64,000 nucleotides of DNA, from contig MU054187.1 of the NCBI GenBank assembly GCA_013239625.1, positions 24,988,433 through 25,052,432 on the forward strand, read 5' to 3'. A program made the translations under genes and the position numbers. Below, piece after piece: positions 1 through 12,809 of the stretch. This DNA is from Lama guanicoe (Eukaryota). Position 1 is the first letter of the stretch. Each line of letters opens with the position of its first letter. The notes below the pieces were generated by a model that was not told where the DNA came from, made no database searches, and was given only the letters and a program-made list of their open reading frames with translations.

Positions 1-2013
1 GTTACAATGGTCATACTACCCAAAACAATCTATGGACTTAATGCAACTCCCTATCAAAATATCCATGACATTTTCTAAAGAACTAGAACAAATTATCCTA
101 AAATTCATATGAAACCATAAAAGCCCCAAATTGCCAAACTAATCTTGAGAAAAACAAAAACAAAAAACTGAAGGTATTGCCTTTCCAGACTTCAGACTAT
201 ATTACAAAGCTACAGTAATCAAAGCAGCATGGCTTTGGCACAAAAACTGACACATAAATCAGTGGAACAAGATAGCCCAGAAATAAACCCATGCACTTCT
301 GGTTAATTAATCTAAGAAAAACAAGGCAAGAATATACAATGGAGAAAAGACTGTATCTTCAACAAGTAGTGCTGGGAAAACTGGACAGCTCCATGTAAAA
401 TAATGAGATTAGAACATTACCTCACACTACATTCAAAAATAATCTCTAGGTAGGTTAAAGACCTAAATGTAAGATCTGAAATCATAAAACTCCTAGAAAA
501 GCACATAGGCAGAACAATATTTGACATAAATTCTAGCAGTATTTTTTTGTTCCCATCTCACAGGCAGAAGAAACAAAATAACAATTGAAACCACAAAGAT
601 ATAAATAATGGTAAGAGAATACTATGAATGCAAATCTCTATCAAAATACCCATGACTTTTTAATGTATTTTAAAAGTAAACAACTGGGACCTAATTAAAC
701 TAAAAAGCTTTTGCACAGCTAAGGAAACCATCAACAAAACAAAAATACCACCCACTGTGTGGGAGAAAATATTTGCAAATGATAAAAATGCAGAAACAGC
801 ATGTACAACTCAGTATCAAAAAAAAAAGCAAAACAACAACCCTGTCAAAAAATGGGCAGAAGACCTGATAGATATTTTTCAAAGAAGACATACACATGGG
901 TAATAGGCACACAAAAAGATGCTCAACATCACTAATTATTAGAGAAATGCAAATCAGAACAACGAGATAGCATCTCACACCTGTCAGAATAGCTATCATC
1001 AAAAAGTCTACAAATAACAAATACTAGAGAGGATATGGAGAAAAAAGAACCTTTTTACACTCTTGGTAGGAATGTAAATTATTGTGTCCACTATGGATCC
1101 ACAGTACAGAGATTCCTCAAAAAACTAGAAATAGTAATGCCATATGATCCAACAGTTACATTCCTGGATATACATCCATAAGAAATGGAAATACTAATTC
1201 AAAAAGATACATGAAAAATGATTATGAATCAATAAAAATGTAAAAAAAAAAAGATACATGAACCTCAATGTTCATGTCAGCACTATTTACAATAGCCACA
1301 ATAGGGAAGCAACCTAAATGCCCACCAAGATATGATAGATAAAGAATATGTAGAAGGTGTACATGAACTATTACTCATCCATAATAAAGAATGAAATTCT
1401 ATTTCCAGCAAGATAGATGTATCTAGAAAATATTATGCTTTGTGAAATAGGCTGGACAGAGAAGGACAAATACTATGTGAAATCATTTATATGTGAACCT
1501 AAAATTAATAAAAGTGAATGTATATGCAAAAGAAAAAGAACTCACAGATGTGGAAAACAAACTCGTGGTCACCAAAGGGGAGCGGGAATGGAGGAGGGGA
1601 AAATCAGGGATATGAATTAAAAGATACAAACTACTATGTACAAAATAGATAAGCAGCAGGATATATTTTGTTTTATTTAAGTTGAAATATAGTCAGTTTA
1701 CTGTGTGTGCAATATGTTAATTTCTGGTGTGCAGATAACTGATTAAGTTTTATTTATATATATACACACACACACACATACATACACACATACACACACA
1801 CACACAATATATATATTCCCTTTCATATTCTTTTCCATTATAGGCTATTACAAGGTATAGGATATATTTTATAGCACAGGAAATTATGACCATTATCTTG
1901 TAATAACTTATAATACGGTATACTTTGTAAGAATACTGAATCATTATGTTCTACACTTGAAACTAACATAATATTTAAATCAACAATACTTCAATTTAAG
2001 AAAAAAACAAAAA
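1..2013 (+). mobile_element. LINE-1, 3' part of ORF2 plus 3' UTR (degenerate; runs off the left edge of the window)
   Basis: L1 ORF2 C-terminal motifs (ccagacttcagactatattacaaagctacagtaatc; gaaatgcaaatcagaacaacgagatagcatctcacacctgtcagaat), 3' UTR ending tacttcaatttaagaaaaaaac; many stops. Confidence 0.93.
1670..1858 (-). mobile_element. Short young L1 3'-UTR insertion nested in the older L1
   Basis: Reverse-strand L1 3' end with internal (CA/TA)n, flanked by 12-bp TSD aggatatatttt at 1658-1669 and 1859-1870. Confidence 0.85.
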
Positions 2014-2254
2014 GCAGTTTACTAACATGTCATGTTACATTTACTTGAATATTTATTTAAAAAATAATACAAGTAATTTTTTAATTTTTAAAAGGTAAAA
2101 TGAGAACTAAAAACAACACGATTGTATGGGAGAAGGTGTTCAATGGGTAGTAAAAGCATTCTAAGGAAACTCTCAGGATGAAGGAAAAAACTGAAAAACA
2201 GTAGTTCTGGTAGAAAAATGTATGGTTTGTAAATTTTGTAAATGTACTGCCTAT

Positions 2255-2655
2255 CAGCAATGTGTTCTTTTGATTGCTGAGTATTTATCTCATTGTACTG
2301 GATGTATCATGCTTTGCTTTCTCAGTCACCAGTTGCTAGGTATTTGAGTTATTTTTAATTGTTTTGCTGTTATGACTAATGCTGCTCTATGAACATTTAT
2401 GTACAAGCCTTTGTGTGGACATGTGCTTTCATTTCTCTTGAGTATATAAACATAAGAGTGAATTTCTGGGCTATGGTAAATTTTTGCTTAAGTTTTCAAG
2501 AAGCTGCTAAACTGTTTTCTTAAAGGATGTGCCATTTTACATTATCTCTAGTCATGCACGAGAATTATAGTTCTTCACATTGTCACCACCCCAGTTATTG
2601 TCTGTTTTTTTAAAGTCATTTTAGTAGGTCTAAAGTTATATCTCATGACTTTATT
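2255..2655 (-). mobile_element. Old L1M fragment
   Basis: Antisense L1 motifs (gctgctctatgaacattt...gtgtggacatgtgctttcatttctcttgagta; gccattttacatt). Confidence 0.75.
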
Positions 2656-2829
2656 AATTACTTATTTATTTAATTTAAAATATGCCCTTTCAAACTATTA
2701 AAATCTTTGAGAGACTAGCTGTGACCCCTCCCTAGGTCTCTGGACTCCTAAATCTGTAATCTACTGTGTACTGTTATTTAAAAATAATATAATAAATGAA
2801 CATAATAAATGAATTAGCCATAGTTCTTT

Positions 2830-3040
2830 CATTGATTCATCCATTCATTGATTCATTCATTCAACAATGATTAATTGAATACCTACAATAGATCAGGCAA
2901 AGTTCTAGGGTAAAATGATGAATTACTATGATTCTTGCCCTCAAAGACTTGTTTAACCTAATTGGAAACATGGACATAGATAGTTAGAGTTACAATACAA
3001 TGTAATAGATGCAAAGAAAGTACAAAACATTATACAAGTT
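2830..3040 (-). mobile_element. L2 3' end
   Basis: (attc)n followed by aacaatgattaattgaatacctac...aggcaaagttctaggg, typical antisense L2 tail. Confidence 0.7.
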
Positions 3041-4154
3041 CTGGTCTAGTTAATCTTAATGTGTCAAGACCTTCAAGTTTCTATTTTCCTTGTCATGAGA
3101 ACATCTTTCTCATATGCTCAAGGTTGATTTCTAACAGTAAGGGAATTAGGTTGGAATGAGACAGGAGCTGACTATTGTGGCTTCATATTTCACATTACTT
3201 TAGTCCATTATCAGGGCTGCTATCTAGTTCAGAACTTGATATGCTGAAAACACCCTAGTTTCTGTTCTTGAATCTTAAAGTAGAAAGATCAGATACTATT
3301 TCCATTAGTTGTCCATCTAGGATACCATATAGGTTATTCCCTTGATAGATTTAGTTTCACCACTGTACACTGAGTTTTTCTTAAGTAGGAAGCAGCTGGA
3401 ATGAAAAGAGTTGAATTACAAGATTCTGAGAACAATAACATTTATGAGCAATTTGGAGCAGGTAAATGGGGGGTATAACAAAAGTAGGCCTTCCTAGGAT
3501 GTTCTTGTGACTTTCTCTCTTACTGTATGCCTACACACAACCACCACTGCTTTCTGCATCCAATAAATGACTAACTTGCACAAAATCCATCTACAGATTT
3601 AAAATATTAATAAAAAGAGAGTATTCTTGTGATTGATAGGAGTTAACTGAAGTATTTCAGGTGGACATTTAGACATCTTATAAATATCCCTAGGGAAGAA
3701 ATTCTACAACCTGTTCCATATTGTTCAGAAGTCCTGAAGTCTATGATTTAACATGGAAAATAAACTAGAAAGTTGAATAATTTATATAACTCATTTTAAA
3801 AACACATATGACTTAATTAGTTGAATTTTCTAGAGTATAATAGATATGCATTTAAAAATTTTGTACAGCATGCCATAAAATTATATTTTGTTTGTTAATT
3901 CTGTCAATTCACAAGCAGTTATTAGGTATGGTGCTATATTGGACAATATGTTAATTACTGTAGGTACACGGATAAGAGAGAGATGATTCTCATCTTAAAG
4001 GAACAGAATCATTGAAGAGACATACCTGTAAATAGAATTACCACACAACATAATAAGCATAGAAAAAAAAAAGATAAATTCATTATTGGCACAGGAGTGA
4101 GGCAGTTATAGGGAAGACTTCTAAAGGAGAGGGTGCTTGAGTTATGCCTTAAAT

Positions 4155-4316
4155 AGTTACTGCTCATGTGTGGTTTACAGACCAGAGGTATTTGCATCAT
4201 CTGGGTGGCTGGTAGAACTGTAGAACTTCAGACCCTGCTCTGTGTATATCAAATCAGAATCTGCATTTTAATAATATCTTCTGGTGATTTGTATGACATT
4301 AAAGTTTGAGAAGTTT
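4155..4316. mobile_element. MER5-type hAT-Charlie element (within L2 remnants at ~3895-5150)
   Basis: gcatcatctggg...aaatcagaatctgcattttaa...ggtgatttgtatgacattaaagtttgagaag. Confidence 0.75.
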
Positions 4317-4404
4317 TACCTTAAAGTATCCTCAGGAATTCTCAGGTGGATTGGAGGAAATAAAGAATATTCTTTGAAAGTGGGAACAACATGTGTAAAG
4401 GGAA

Positions 4405-4835
4405 TATATTTGGTAGAGAAGTCCTGTAATACTAGATTCTGAGGCAAGGATTTGCATACAAGCAATTTATTTGGGAGGAAGCATTGGTAGGCAAGTGGGA
4501 ATGAGACGAGGAAGGTAATAATGAACACAAAGAGTGTTTTTTCTAACAGGTTACTTCTGTGAGTAGCTAGGGCTCAATCCCTAGGGAGAACCTTGGGAAA
4601 CAGTGTAGAATATGACTTGGAGGTTATACACCAATTTCAATTATTTGGTAGTTGAGATCTTCTAGGCAATGTTAATTCTTCAGAATTTTAGGCTGTCCAC
4701 AGATGTGGGCCCTATGGATTTTAGTCAACAGAGAAAGCCTTCAGGCAAAGAATTGTAGGTACAAGCCAGCAGTTTGATATTCACAGAAATGATGAGTGCA
4801 GAGGGGATACTGGTGGGCATCAATGGTGTTGCTAT
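4405..4835. mobile_element. Old ERVL/MaLR-type LTR
   Basis: gattctgaggcaaggatttgcatacaagcaatttatttgggagg motif typical of old ERVL-class LTRs. Confidence 0.55.
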
Positions 4836-6453
4836 GAGAATCAAAGCATGAAACAGCACCTCAGGGCTTTCCCCAGGAATTTCTGGTGATTCATCATTCT
4901 GGGTGTACAGGAAGTGAGTGTGTAAGTATCAGGATCCTAGATACATAGGAGCTGAATCATAAAGGGCCTTGTGAGGAAGATGTGCTAAGGAAGCTGAGAT
5001 TCACTTTGTGTGCCATTATGTATTTTAAAAATGGAGTATCATAATAGAAATTTCATTTTTGGAAAAATTGTTTTGGAGGCACTTGAGAGGATAGATGGAG
5101 TCAGTGATAATGAAGGCAGAAGACCAGTAAGAATTAAGTAATCTTAGATAAAGCTTCTGTAGCTAGGGTATCACTGTTAACACACCTGATGAATCAATAT
5201 CTCTATCAGGCTTCTACTGTGTTTGTAGCATTTTTTCAAGTAGCAAAATACAAATTTATCATGGTGCTTTTCTTTCTTTTTCTTTAGTGTTAAAATAAAA
5301 AATAAGTTAGAAGCTTATGTATGTATTGTATTCAAACTGAAGGCCAGTCAATGTATTAGTGCCATTGCTGACTATTATTAAGTGTTGGTATGTTCAAATT
5401 CAACATGGATTGTACATTGCATAGGTCTTCAATGCCCTACCTGCCTATTGTCATTCTTTTTTTTTTAACAGAACAATAGTTCTTCTGAGAGCACAGGACA
5501 CTATTTAAACTAATAATTTTATTTTTTTAATCAGAAGAACGTTGTCAGTCCCCAATTAATGAATGTCTTGATATTTTACCCCCTCATAGATACTAGTCAT
5601 ATTTTATTTATAATCATTGCCACATCTCCTCTAATAGGGATTTCTTAGTTTTTGCTGTACTCACTCACATCAAAGTGTTGCCTACAATTTCTCTTAGCTA
5701 AGATAGGTAGAATACTTTTTTCGTAAGCCAGAGGAATGCTGATTTGTGTCCTAATCCTTCTGAGATTAATAAAAAAAAAATCTATGCTGTTAAACATGAA
5801 AGAAATACTTTCTATGCCACCTCAAAACCCTCATTTTATTGTTGTGGTTGCCTGGACAATGTTATGTATCTAAGATGTCATGTTTTCAGACTTTATTCAG
5901 TCCCTGAAGTGTACTGAATGTCTCATTCTTTATTCTCCATTACTGACCTCATTATGAAGACTTGATGTTGATTAAAGTAGTCATTGACTTTATGAAGCCA
6001 AACTCCTTTTTTTTTACCTTAATATCAGTTGAGATTAACTTTTACCCCTAATTCTTAATTTGCATCCTTTAAAGTTTTATAATTTGGGGAAAAGGATAAA
6101 TATCTGTGATAGCTTTATCTTTTATAAAGAGAAGAAAAATAGTCTGGATATTGATGAAAGGATCTGGAATAGTGGTCCTTTTTCCCCACAATTCCTAAAT
6201 TTCCTGTAACTTTCCACTCCTTTTCACTCAAACCCTCCTTTACTGCAGTTACTCAGTGTTTATGCTGGAGGCATTATGGGTTAACATTACTGCTGTGAAC
6301 ATTTTCCATTTAATTTTAAAGTTCCAGTGTTTTGTGACATTAAGATTGTTATCAGAATTCAAAGGTCAGTGAGTCAGAGAAACTGGAGCAAAACATATTT
6401 TTCTTCTACAATTTTAGAACATCATATTTATTTTGAAGACCAGGAAATCTAAC

Positions 6454-6663
6454 CTCCTTTCTCTCTTCTCTCAATGTTGATTGAGCTTTGAAGTCTTTAA
6501 TTTTTGCAGTACAATTTGTAATATTATTGGCTAGCTTTACACTTGGCAAAAAATATTTCCCCTTCTTTTTTACTTTTACTGAAGTGAGTACTTTCGGACA
6601 TCTGTAGGTCAACTCTTTGTCATGAACTGATAACGGTGGGGCATCTGCACTTTGAAAATAACT
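6454..6663 (-). other. Candidate coding exon of an unidentified gene (SYFQSADAPPLSVHDKELTYRCPK...TLREERKE)
   Basis: 210 nt stop-free between acceptor ttcctttgatgtag and donor GAG|gttaga; alternative acceptor at 6644; unique sequence with retained CpGs. No homolog recognised. Confidence 0.35.
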
Positions 6664-7525
6664 CTACATCAAAGGAAGTCAAATAGCAAATGTTTGGAAG
6701 GAACATGAATCCTTCAAGTCCCAGGTAGGCATTCTATAGAATCTGAGAAGCTGATCTCTCAGGAGAGGAAAAACACTATGTTCTCACCCAGTCATCCTCT
6801 ACTGCTGCTCAGGACAGCACAGACATACTCCGGTGAAAGTCAGCTTTTGCCCATGTGAAGGGAGATTGGTTGAAAAATAAAACACTTTGGGGTGAAAATA
6901 GGAAAAAAGATAAATGGAAATAATTGTGAAAATGGAGTGACTTTTAAATGTTAGCAATTATAAACTAAAGATGGCCCTTTGAACTGTATATAAAATGGAT
7001 TTTTTTGTATGTGGTTACTCTTTTTACAGTTGAATAACCACTATTTAAATAGAATATTCACTGAGGCAATTGATTTAAAAATCTCATTTGGAGTCATCAT
7101 TTTTTCTTGTTAAATTAAAACTCCTTAGAATGATTGCTGTAGAGTGATAGATGATCAAAGAAACCATAATAGGGAATGTACTCAGAGAAAAAAAAATAAA
7201 ACACTTTGATAATGTAATACTAATGAAGAATGGATGAAACTCTTTAATCAGCTTCAGATTTTCTCTTTTTTGAATCACAGTTGGCATTCAGTTGGTAAGT
7301 TTGGGATGATGTAACCTAGATACAGTTTTCTGAAGATTTATTCTTCTCTTCACTTAGGAGAATTACAACAAGCCAATTATCCCTTTACCAATGGTATTTA
7401 TTCCATTGTCATGTATACATCTTAGAAATAATGGGAGAATGCTATGATTCATGTCTGTGATGGAATTTTAGTCACCTGGTTTTAAGATTGCCCATTAGTG
7501 TAGACACTGCTGGTGTCACACTCAC

Positions 7526-7633
7526 AAGGAACCCTAGTTCCTTGTGAAGACTCGTTGTGAGAGTTTGCCATTGTTATCCCAGCATTACTCAAAGTTCTTG
7601 TTTTTGTGAAGCAGTGTAAAGCAGAATTGAATT
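7526..7633 (-). other. Candidate coding exon (EFNSALHCFTKTRTLSNAGITMANSHNESSQGTRVP)
   Basis: 108 nt, acceptor tagttatttaag, donor |gtgagt, open in phase 1-1 and in frame with the 6644 acceptor downstream. Confidence 0.3.
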
Positions 7634-8164
7634 CTTAAATAACTAGACATACTACATAAAAGCTGATTACTTTTGTTGAAAGACTCCTAGAAGCTTTATC
7701 AAATTTTTAGTTAAAAAATCTCAGGAGCCCTTGTTTTGGCTGTTTGAACTAAGTCATTTCTTTTGGGAATATTAATGACTTCATGGTAGAAGGAGAAAAA
7801 TGAGGCACTTGCTTGCCTGATTATGGAAGAAACATTATGTTTGAGAATGAGAACCCAAAGGTAATTACCTCTCTTGAGGAGAAAAGGGATATGGCTTTTC
7901 GGCACATTCCACAAACCAATTAATTATCTTAGCAAAACAAATTACCTTAGAAATGCTACTTTACATGAAATACATAAGCTCAGATTTCGGAGACAAACTT
8001 TGTCTTAACTTTTCTGTTTCTGCTTCCCTGCTATCTACTCCCAGGAGTTTCTCACGTGTAAACAAGAAAATACTTCTTAGACTATTAGCTTGGCATTAGC
8101 ATGGGTTATGGAAAATCCAGTGATCCAATAATAGTGTGCAATACTATGTGTGTTAATACTCTCA

Positions 8165-8345
8165 GGACACACAGTAGAGCTGACTGAGGGTTGGATCCAA
8201 CAGCACACCTGACCTTCAGTGAGTCATCTAGTCATGCTTTGTTGGTTTCCTCATCTATAAAGTGTTGATGGTGATAGTATCTATCTTGCTGACATTCTAC
8301 AAATATTACTGAAATGGTAGTTGGTTAGCACGTTGAAGGAATGTG
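8165..8345 (+). mobile_element. MIR SINE
   Basis: MIR core tgaccttcagtgagtcatct...gtttcctcatctataaagtg...atagtatctatct. Confidence 0.7.
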
Positions 8346-9956
8346 CTATTTAAAAAAATACACTTATTGTCATCTCTTCAGGGCATAGAATTCTCCTCAC
8401 AGTCAGGAGCTGTTGTACTGTACAATGTGTCCTTGAAGCTTTGAAAGAAGAATGTGGAATCCTGGAGGAGGGCTCAAGTTCAAGTATTTAAACCGTGACA
8501 GGATAATGTACTGATTTGTAGGTGGGGAAATACCACTTTGTATCTGACAATGGCCACCCACAAATAAAAAGAAATTAAAATGAGTAAGTTATAGCCCCAA
8601 CATACCCAAACAAAAAATTTTTGAAGATTAGTCCAGAAAAGAGCACATATGCAGTCTGTTGAAGGGAATGATTAATTACCCACCCTAACCCTTAACATGT
8701 CTTAGTTAATACACTAGAAGTGTGTCTAGGTTACTTTCCTATAGTCTACTTAGAGTCATCTCACATTTATGGCCACCAGATTCTCAAGGGTTTTCATTAG
8801 GCACCATCTTCAAAATTAATAGTCCTCTAGTTTGAATAAGAAATAGGAAAAGATGGCTATAAATTAGTGTTATTTCAGTTTTAGTTTCTCTCCAAGATGC
8901 TGATGTGTTGAATATTATTTAAGAGTAGACACTGGGGGCATGGAAAGATCATGCTCCAATTCTGTGACCAATCTGCCTGAAATTCTGCAGCAATGAAAAC
9001 AGTCATTTTCTTAGAATCCCACAACCAAAGACCCTCTTTAACAAAATTTCTGCTCATGGGAATAAAATCTTTCTTTTAAAGAAAGTACACTGAACAGAAA
9101 TAATAAGGTCAACATAAAGTACACTTCAATGACAAGAAATGGTCACTGATAGTCACAAATTGCAACCTCCATTTTCCATTAACAAGTGCACTTTCAGTTT
9201 TGAATGCCATTAGTTGTCCATATTCCAGGAATTTTACACCTGTAAAAAGAAAGTGTAGAGCCATCTGCCTATGGCAATTTTAAATAGAATAATAACGTTA
9301 GTTCCATCACTATCAAATCTCAAAGACAGTGGTGCCTAATAATATAATCATCTATTTATGGATTTTCAGTAAGTGGTATGCCTTAGTTTATTGTTGTAAT
9401 TGGCTTGATGTATATTATTTGTCAAATAAATTAAGGAGCAATTTTTATCAAAGTGTCTGCTGGGTCAGTTTAAGGTTTGAATGTAGACCAAGTTGCCCAA
9501 GACAACATTTTTCTCTCTTCTCTCTCCCTTTTAGAATCATTCTCCAGTTTCAAAAATGCTGTTTGGAGCTCAGAAATGCTCCCTTTAAGAGAAGTCTTCC
9601 AGTAACTTTTTACACAGTCAGTCAGTGCTTCAGCAATTCATATCACAACTCTTAACAATCATCTTTCCCACTGTAACCTGTATGAATCCGGATATATATA
9701 CAGTCATAAATATGAGTATGTGTGTATATATACACACTCATGAAAATGAGTCTATAGATAAAATGTGAGTCAATAAAATGACAAAAACATACACATTTCT
9801 TACCCTAAATGGGCAATTCAGGCCATCATTAGCTCTTCAATCACTTAGAATTTATGCTTTTTGGTAGAAAAAATGGAAGAACAGAAGGCTTTGAACTTGC
9901 TCAGCTGTCTGGGTTGACCTGGGGGGCACAGGATTGGGAATCTGGATACCCCAAAA

Positions 9957-9957
<1 letters not shown>

Positions 9958-9995
<38 letters not shown>
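9958..9995. repeat. (TG)n microsatellite
   Basis: Uninterrupted TG run of about 18 units. Confidence 0.97.
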
Positions 9996-9996
<1 letters not shown>

Positions 9997-10116
9997 GTGG
10001 TCACTTAGTGGTTTAGAAAACTGTCCGTGCTTACAAGTAACTCGTAAGAATTGTTAACTGATAGCAGTTTGGTATGAATGTGCTCCTTATGGCAGACTTG
10101 TTGACACTTGCTTGAC

Positions 10117-11415
10117 TTTTTTTTTTTTTGAGAACCATTTACACTCATTTTATTTTTTATTTTTTAATATATTTTTTGAAGTATAGTCAGTTTACAATGT
10201 TGTGTCAATTCCTAGTGTATAGCACAATACTTCAGTCATATAGGAACATATATATATATTTGTTTTTGTATTCTTTTTTCCATAAGTTACAAGATTTTGA
10301 ATATGGTTTCATGAGCTATACAGTATAAACTTGTTGTTTATCTATTTTATACATATTCATTAGTATCTGCAGATCTCTAACTTCCAATTTACCCCTTCCC
10401 ATCCCCTTCTTCACTATTAACCATAAGTTTGTTTTCTATGTCTGTGAGTCTATTTCTGTTTTGCAGATAAGTTCATTTGCCTTTTTGAAAATTGAGTTAT
10501 AGTCAGTTTACAATGCTGTGTCAATTTCTGGTGTACAGTACAATTCTTCAGTCATACATGAATATACATATACTCATTTTCATATTTTTTTCACTGTAAG
10601 TTACTATAAGATATTGAATATATTTCCCCATGCTATACAGTTTAAATTTGTTTACTTATTTTATATATATCCATCAGTATCTGCAAATCTTGAACTCCCA
10701 GTTTACCCCTTCCCACCTGCCTCCCCTCTGGCAACCACAAGTCTGTATTCTATGTCTGTGAGTCTGTTTCTGTTTTGTATATAAGTTCATTTGTCTTCTT
10801 TTTTTAATTCCACATATGAATGATATCATATGGTATTTTTCTTTCTCTTTCTGGCTTACTTCACTTAGAATGACATTCTCCAGGAACATCCATGTTCCTG
10901 CAAATGGCATTATGTTATCATTTTTATGGCAGAGTAGTATTCCATTGTATAAACATACCACTTCTTCTTTATCCAGTTAACTGTTGATGGACATTTAGGT
11001 TATCATGTCTTGGCTATTGTAAATAGTGCTGCTATGAACATTGGGGTGTAGGTGTCTTTTTGAAGTAGAGTTCCTTCTGGATATATGCTCAGGAGTGGGA
11101 TTCCTGGGTCATATGGTAAGTCTATTCCCAGTCATTTGAGGAATCTCCATATTGTTTTCCACAGTGGCTGCACCAAACTGCATTGCCACCAACAGTGTAG
11201 GAGGGTTCCCTTTTCTCCACACCCTCTCCAGCATTTATCATTTGTGGACTTTTGAATGATGGCCATTCTGACTGGTGTGAGGTGATACCTCATTTTAGTT
11301 TTGATTTACACTTCTCTGATAATTAGTGATACTGAGCATTTTTTCACATGCCTATTGGCCATTCATATGTCTTCACTGGTGAATTGCTTGTTTAGGTCTT
11401 ATGCCCATTTTCATC
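10117..11415 (-). mobile_element. Young 5'-truncated L1 with doubled 3' UTR and 3' extension
   Basis: ORF2 C-terminus and 3' UTR at 10486-11412, a second 3' UTR copy at ~10150-10485, poly(T) at 10117-10129, TSD tgcttgacttt at 10109-10119 and 11416-11426. Confidence 0.93.
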
Positions 11416-11778
11416 TGCTTGACTTTCTAAGTAAACCCAGAAAATGAATTTTAAAAACTTCTGGTGAGTCAGAAGTGGGTGGAAAATATTATTGCTGTGC
11501 TAGAAGGATGCATTTTTATAGGCAAAGTGCTTTTATGTATTTGCCTGGGTTATTTAATAACAATATATTTGGGTTTATAGAGATCATTTATTTATGCTTC
11601 TCTGTCTAGAGGTGGAATACTCCATCATGTTATATAAACACTGAACAAAATTTGCATGCTACTGTTTTATACTTTTGCATTTTACACACTAAATTAGGAG
11701 AAATCTTCATATTAAATGAACCAAGAGATTATTTTGAAGGCTGGCTTTCACATAAGTTAAGATTTAACAGCATACTTT

Positions 11779-11810
<32 letters not shown>

Positions 11811-12809
11811 CTGTCCCCTTTCCATTCTTCTCCCAGAAATCTGAATCAAGCCCCACTCCATGGTAAAAGTACATTTAATACCAACTAGTCCAGCTGGCAA
11901 GACGTCTTACCCTATTTAATCCACAGATACAACCCTGAATTTGAATAACTGTGGTAAACACAAGAACTTTCTAGCAGAAGGTACTGTCATTGCAACTGTA
12001 GGCAGTCATTAAATCAAAGATAATTTATGGTTCTTATCATCAAAACAAGGTGTGTGAAACTTTTTGAACTCTGCAATCAAAAAGAATTAAAACTATCCAT
12101 AATTTTGAATGTTATCATCCTAAAAACTTTGAGGATTGAGCTGGTGTTGTCTCCATTCCCAGTCACAATGCACTACATAGTTATTATTTAAAAAAAAAGA
12201 AAGAAAATATCTCACAAGCCTTGTAGGCAGAATATAAGGAGAGAAAGTCTTAAAATACACGTTTCATAAAACAGAGTCCATCCACCCACAGGACCATGAG
12301 TCCTATGGATATAATTGTCATAAAGAAATAAAAACCTTTAAAACATCTATGTGTTATGTTAGGTGCCCCATAAAGCAAAATAAATGGACATATTTCTTAT
12401 TCTATAAGAAGTTAGAACCCTAAATTGGGAGTCAGAAGAATCATTCCTTCCAAACATTCATTCCATGAATTATGCCAAACAGTTATTCTATCTCTCAGAC
12501 CTTGTCTCAGCTGTGTTGTGAAGAGAGTAGACTATATTACTCTTGTGCCTTTCAGTTCTCAGTGTCTTAAAGACAGAAGAGAGTATTTTTACATTGAAAT
12601 AAAAAAGTAGTTTCAGATTTTAGAGCAACACATATAAAAATAGTAAGAATTGTTTAATGAAAGGAGGGGTAAATAAATGGAAAAAAGAGGAAGAAATTCT
12701 CAACAATGGTTTTTAAAGATAAATTAAAATTGGCTACTGAAAAAGCTTTTTGAAAATTAATAAATGTCCATGTATCATAGCATCAAAAAGAATACTTAAA
12801 ATATATTTA

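Noticed and set aside
700..1020. Hydrophobic 'membrane protein' ORFs (also 46494-46742, 47056-47289, 63294-63587)
   Set aside because: Antisense translations of A-rich L1 sequence.
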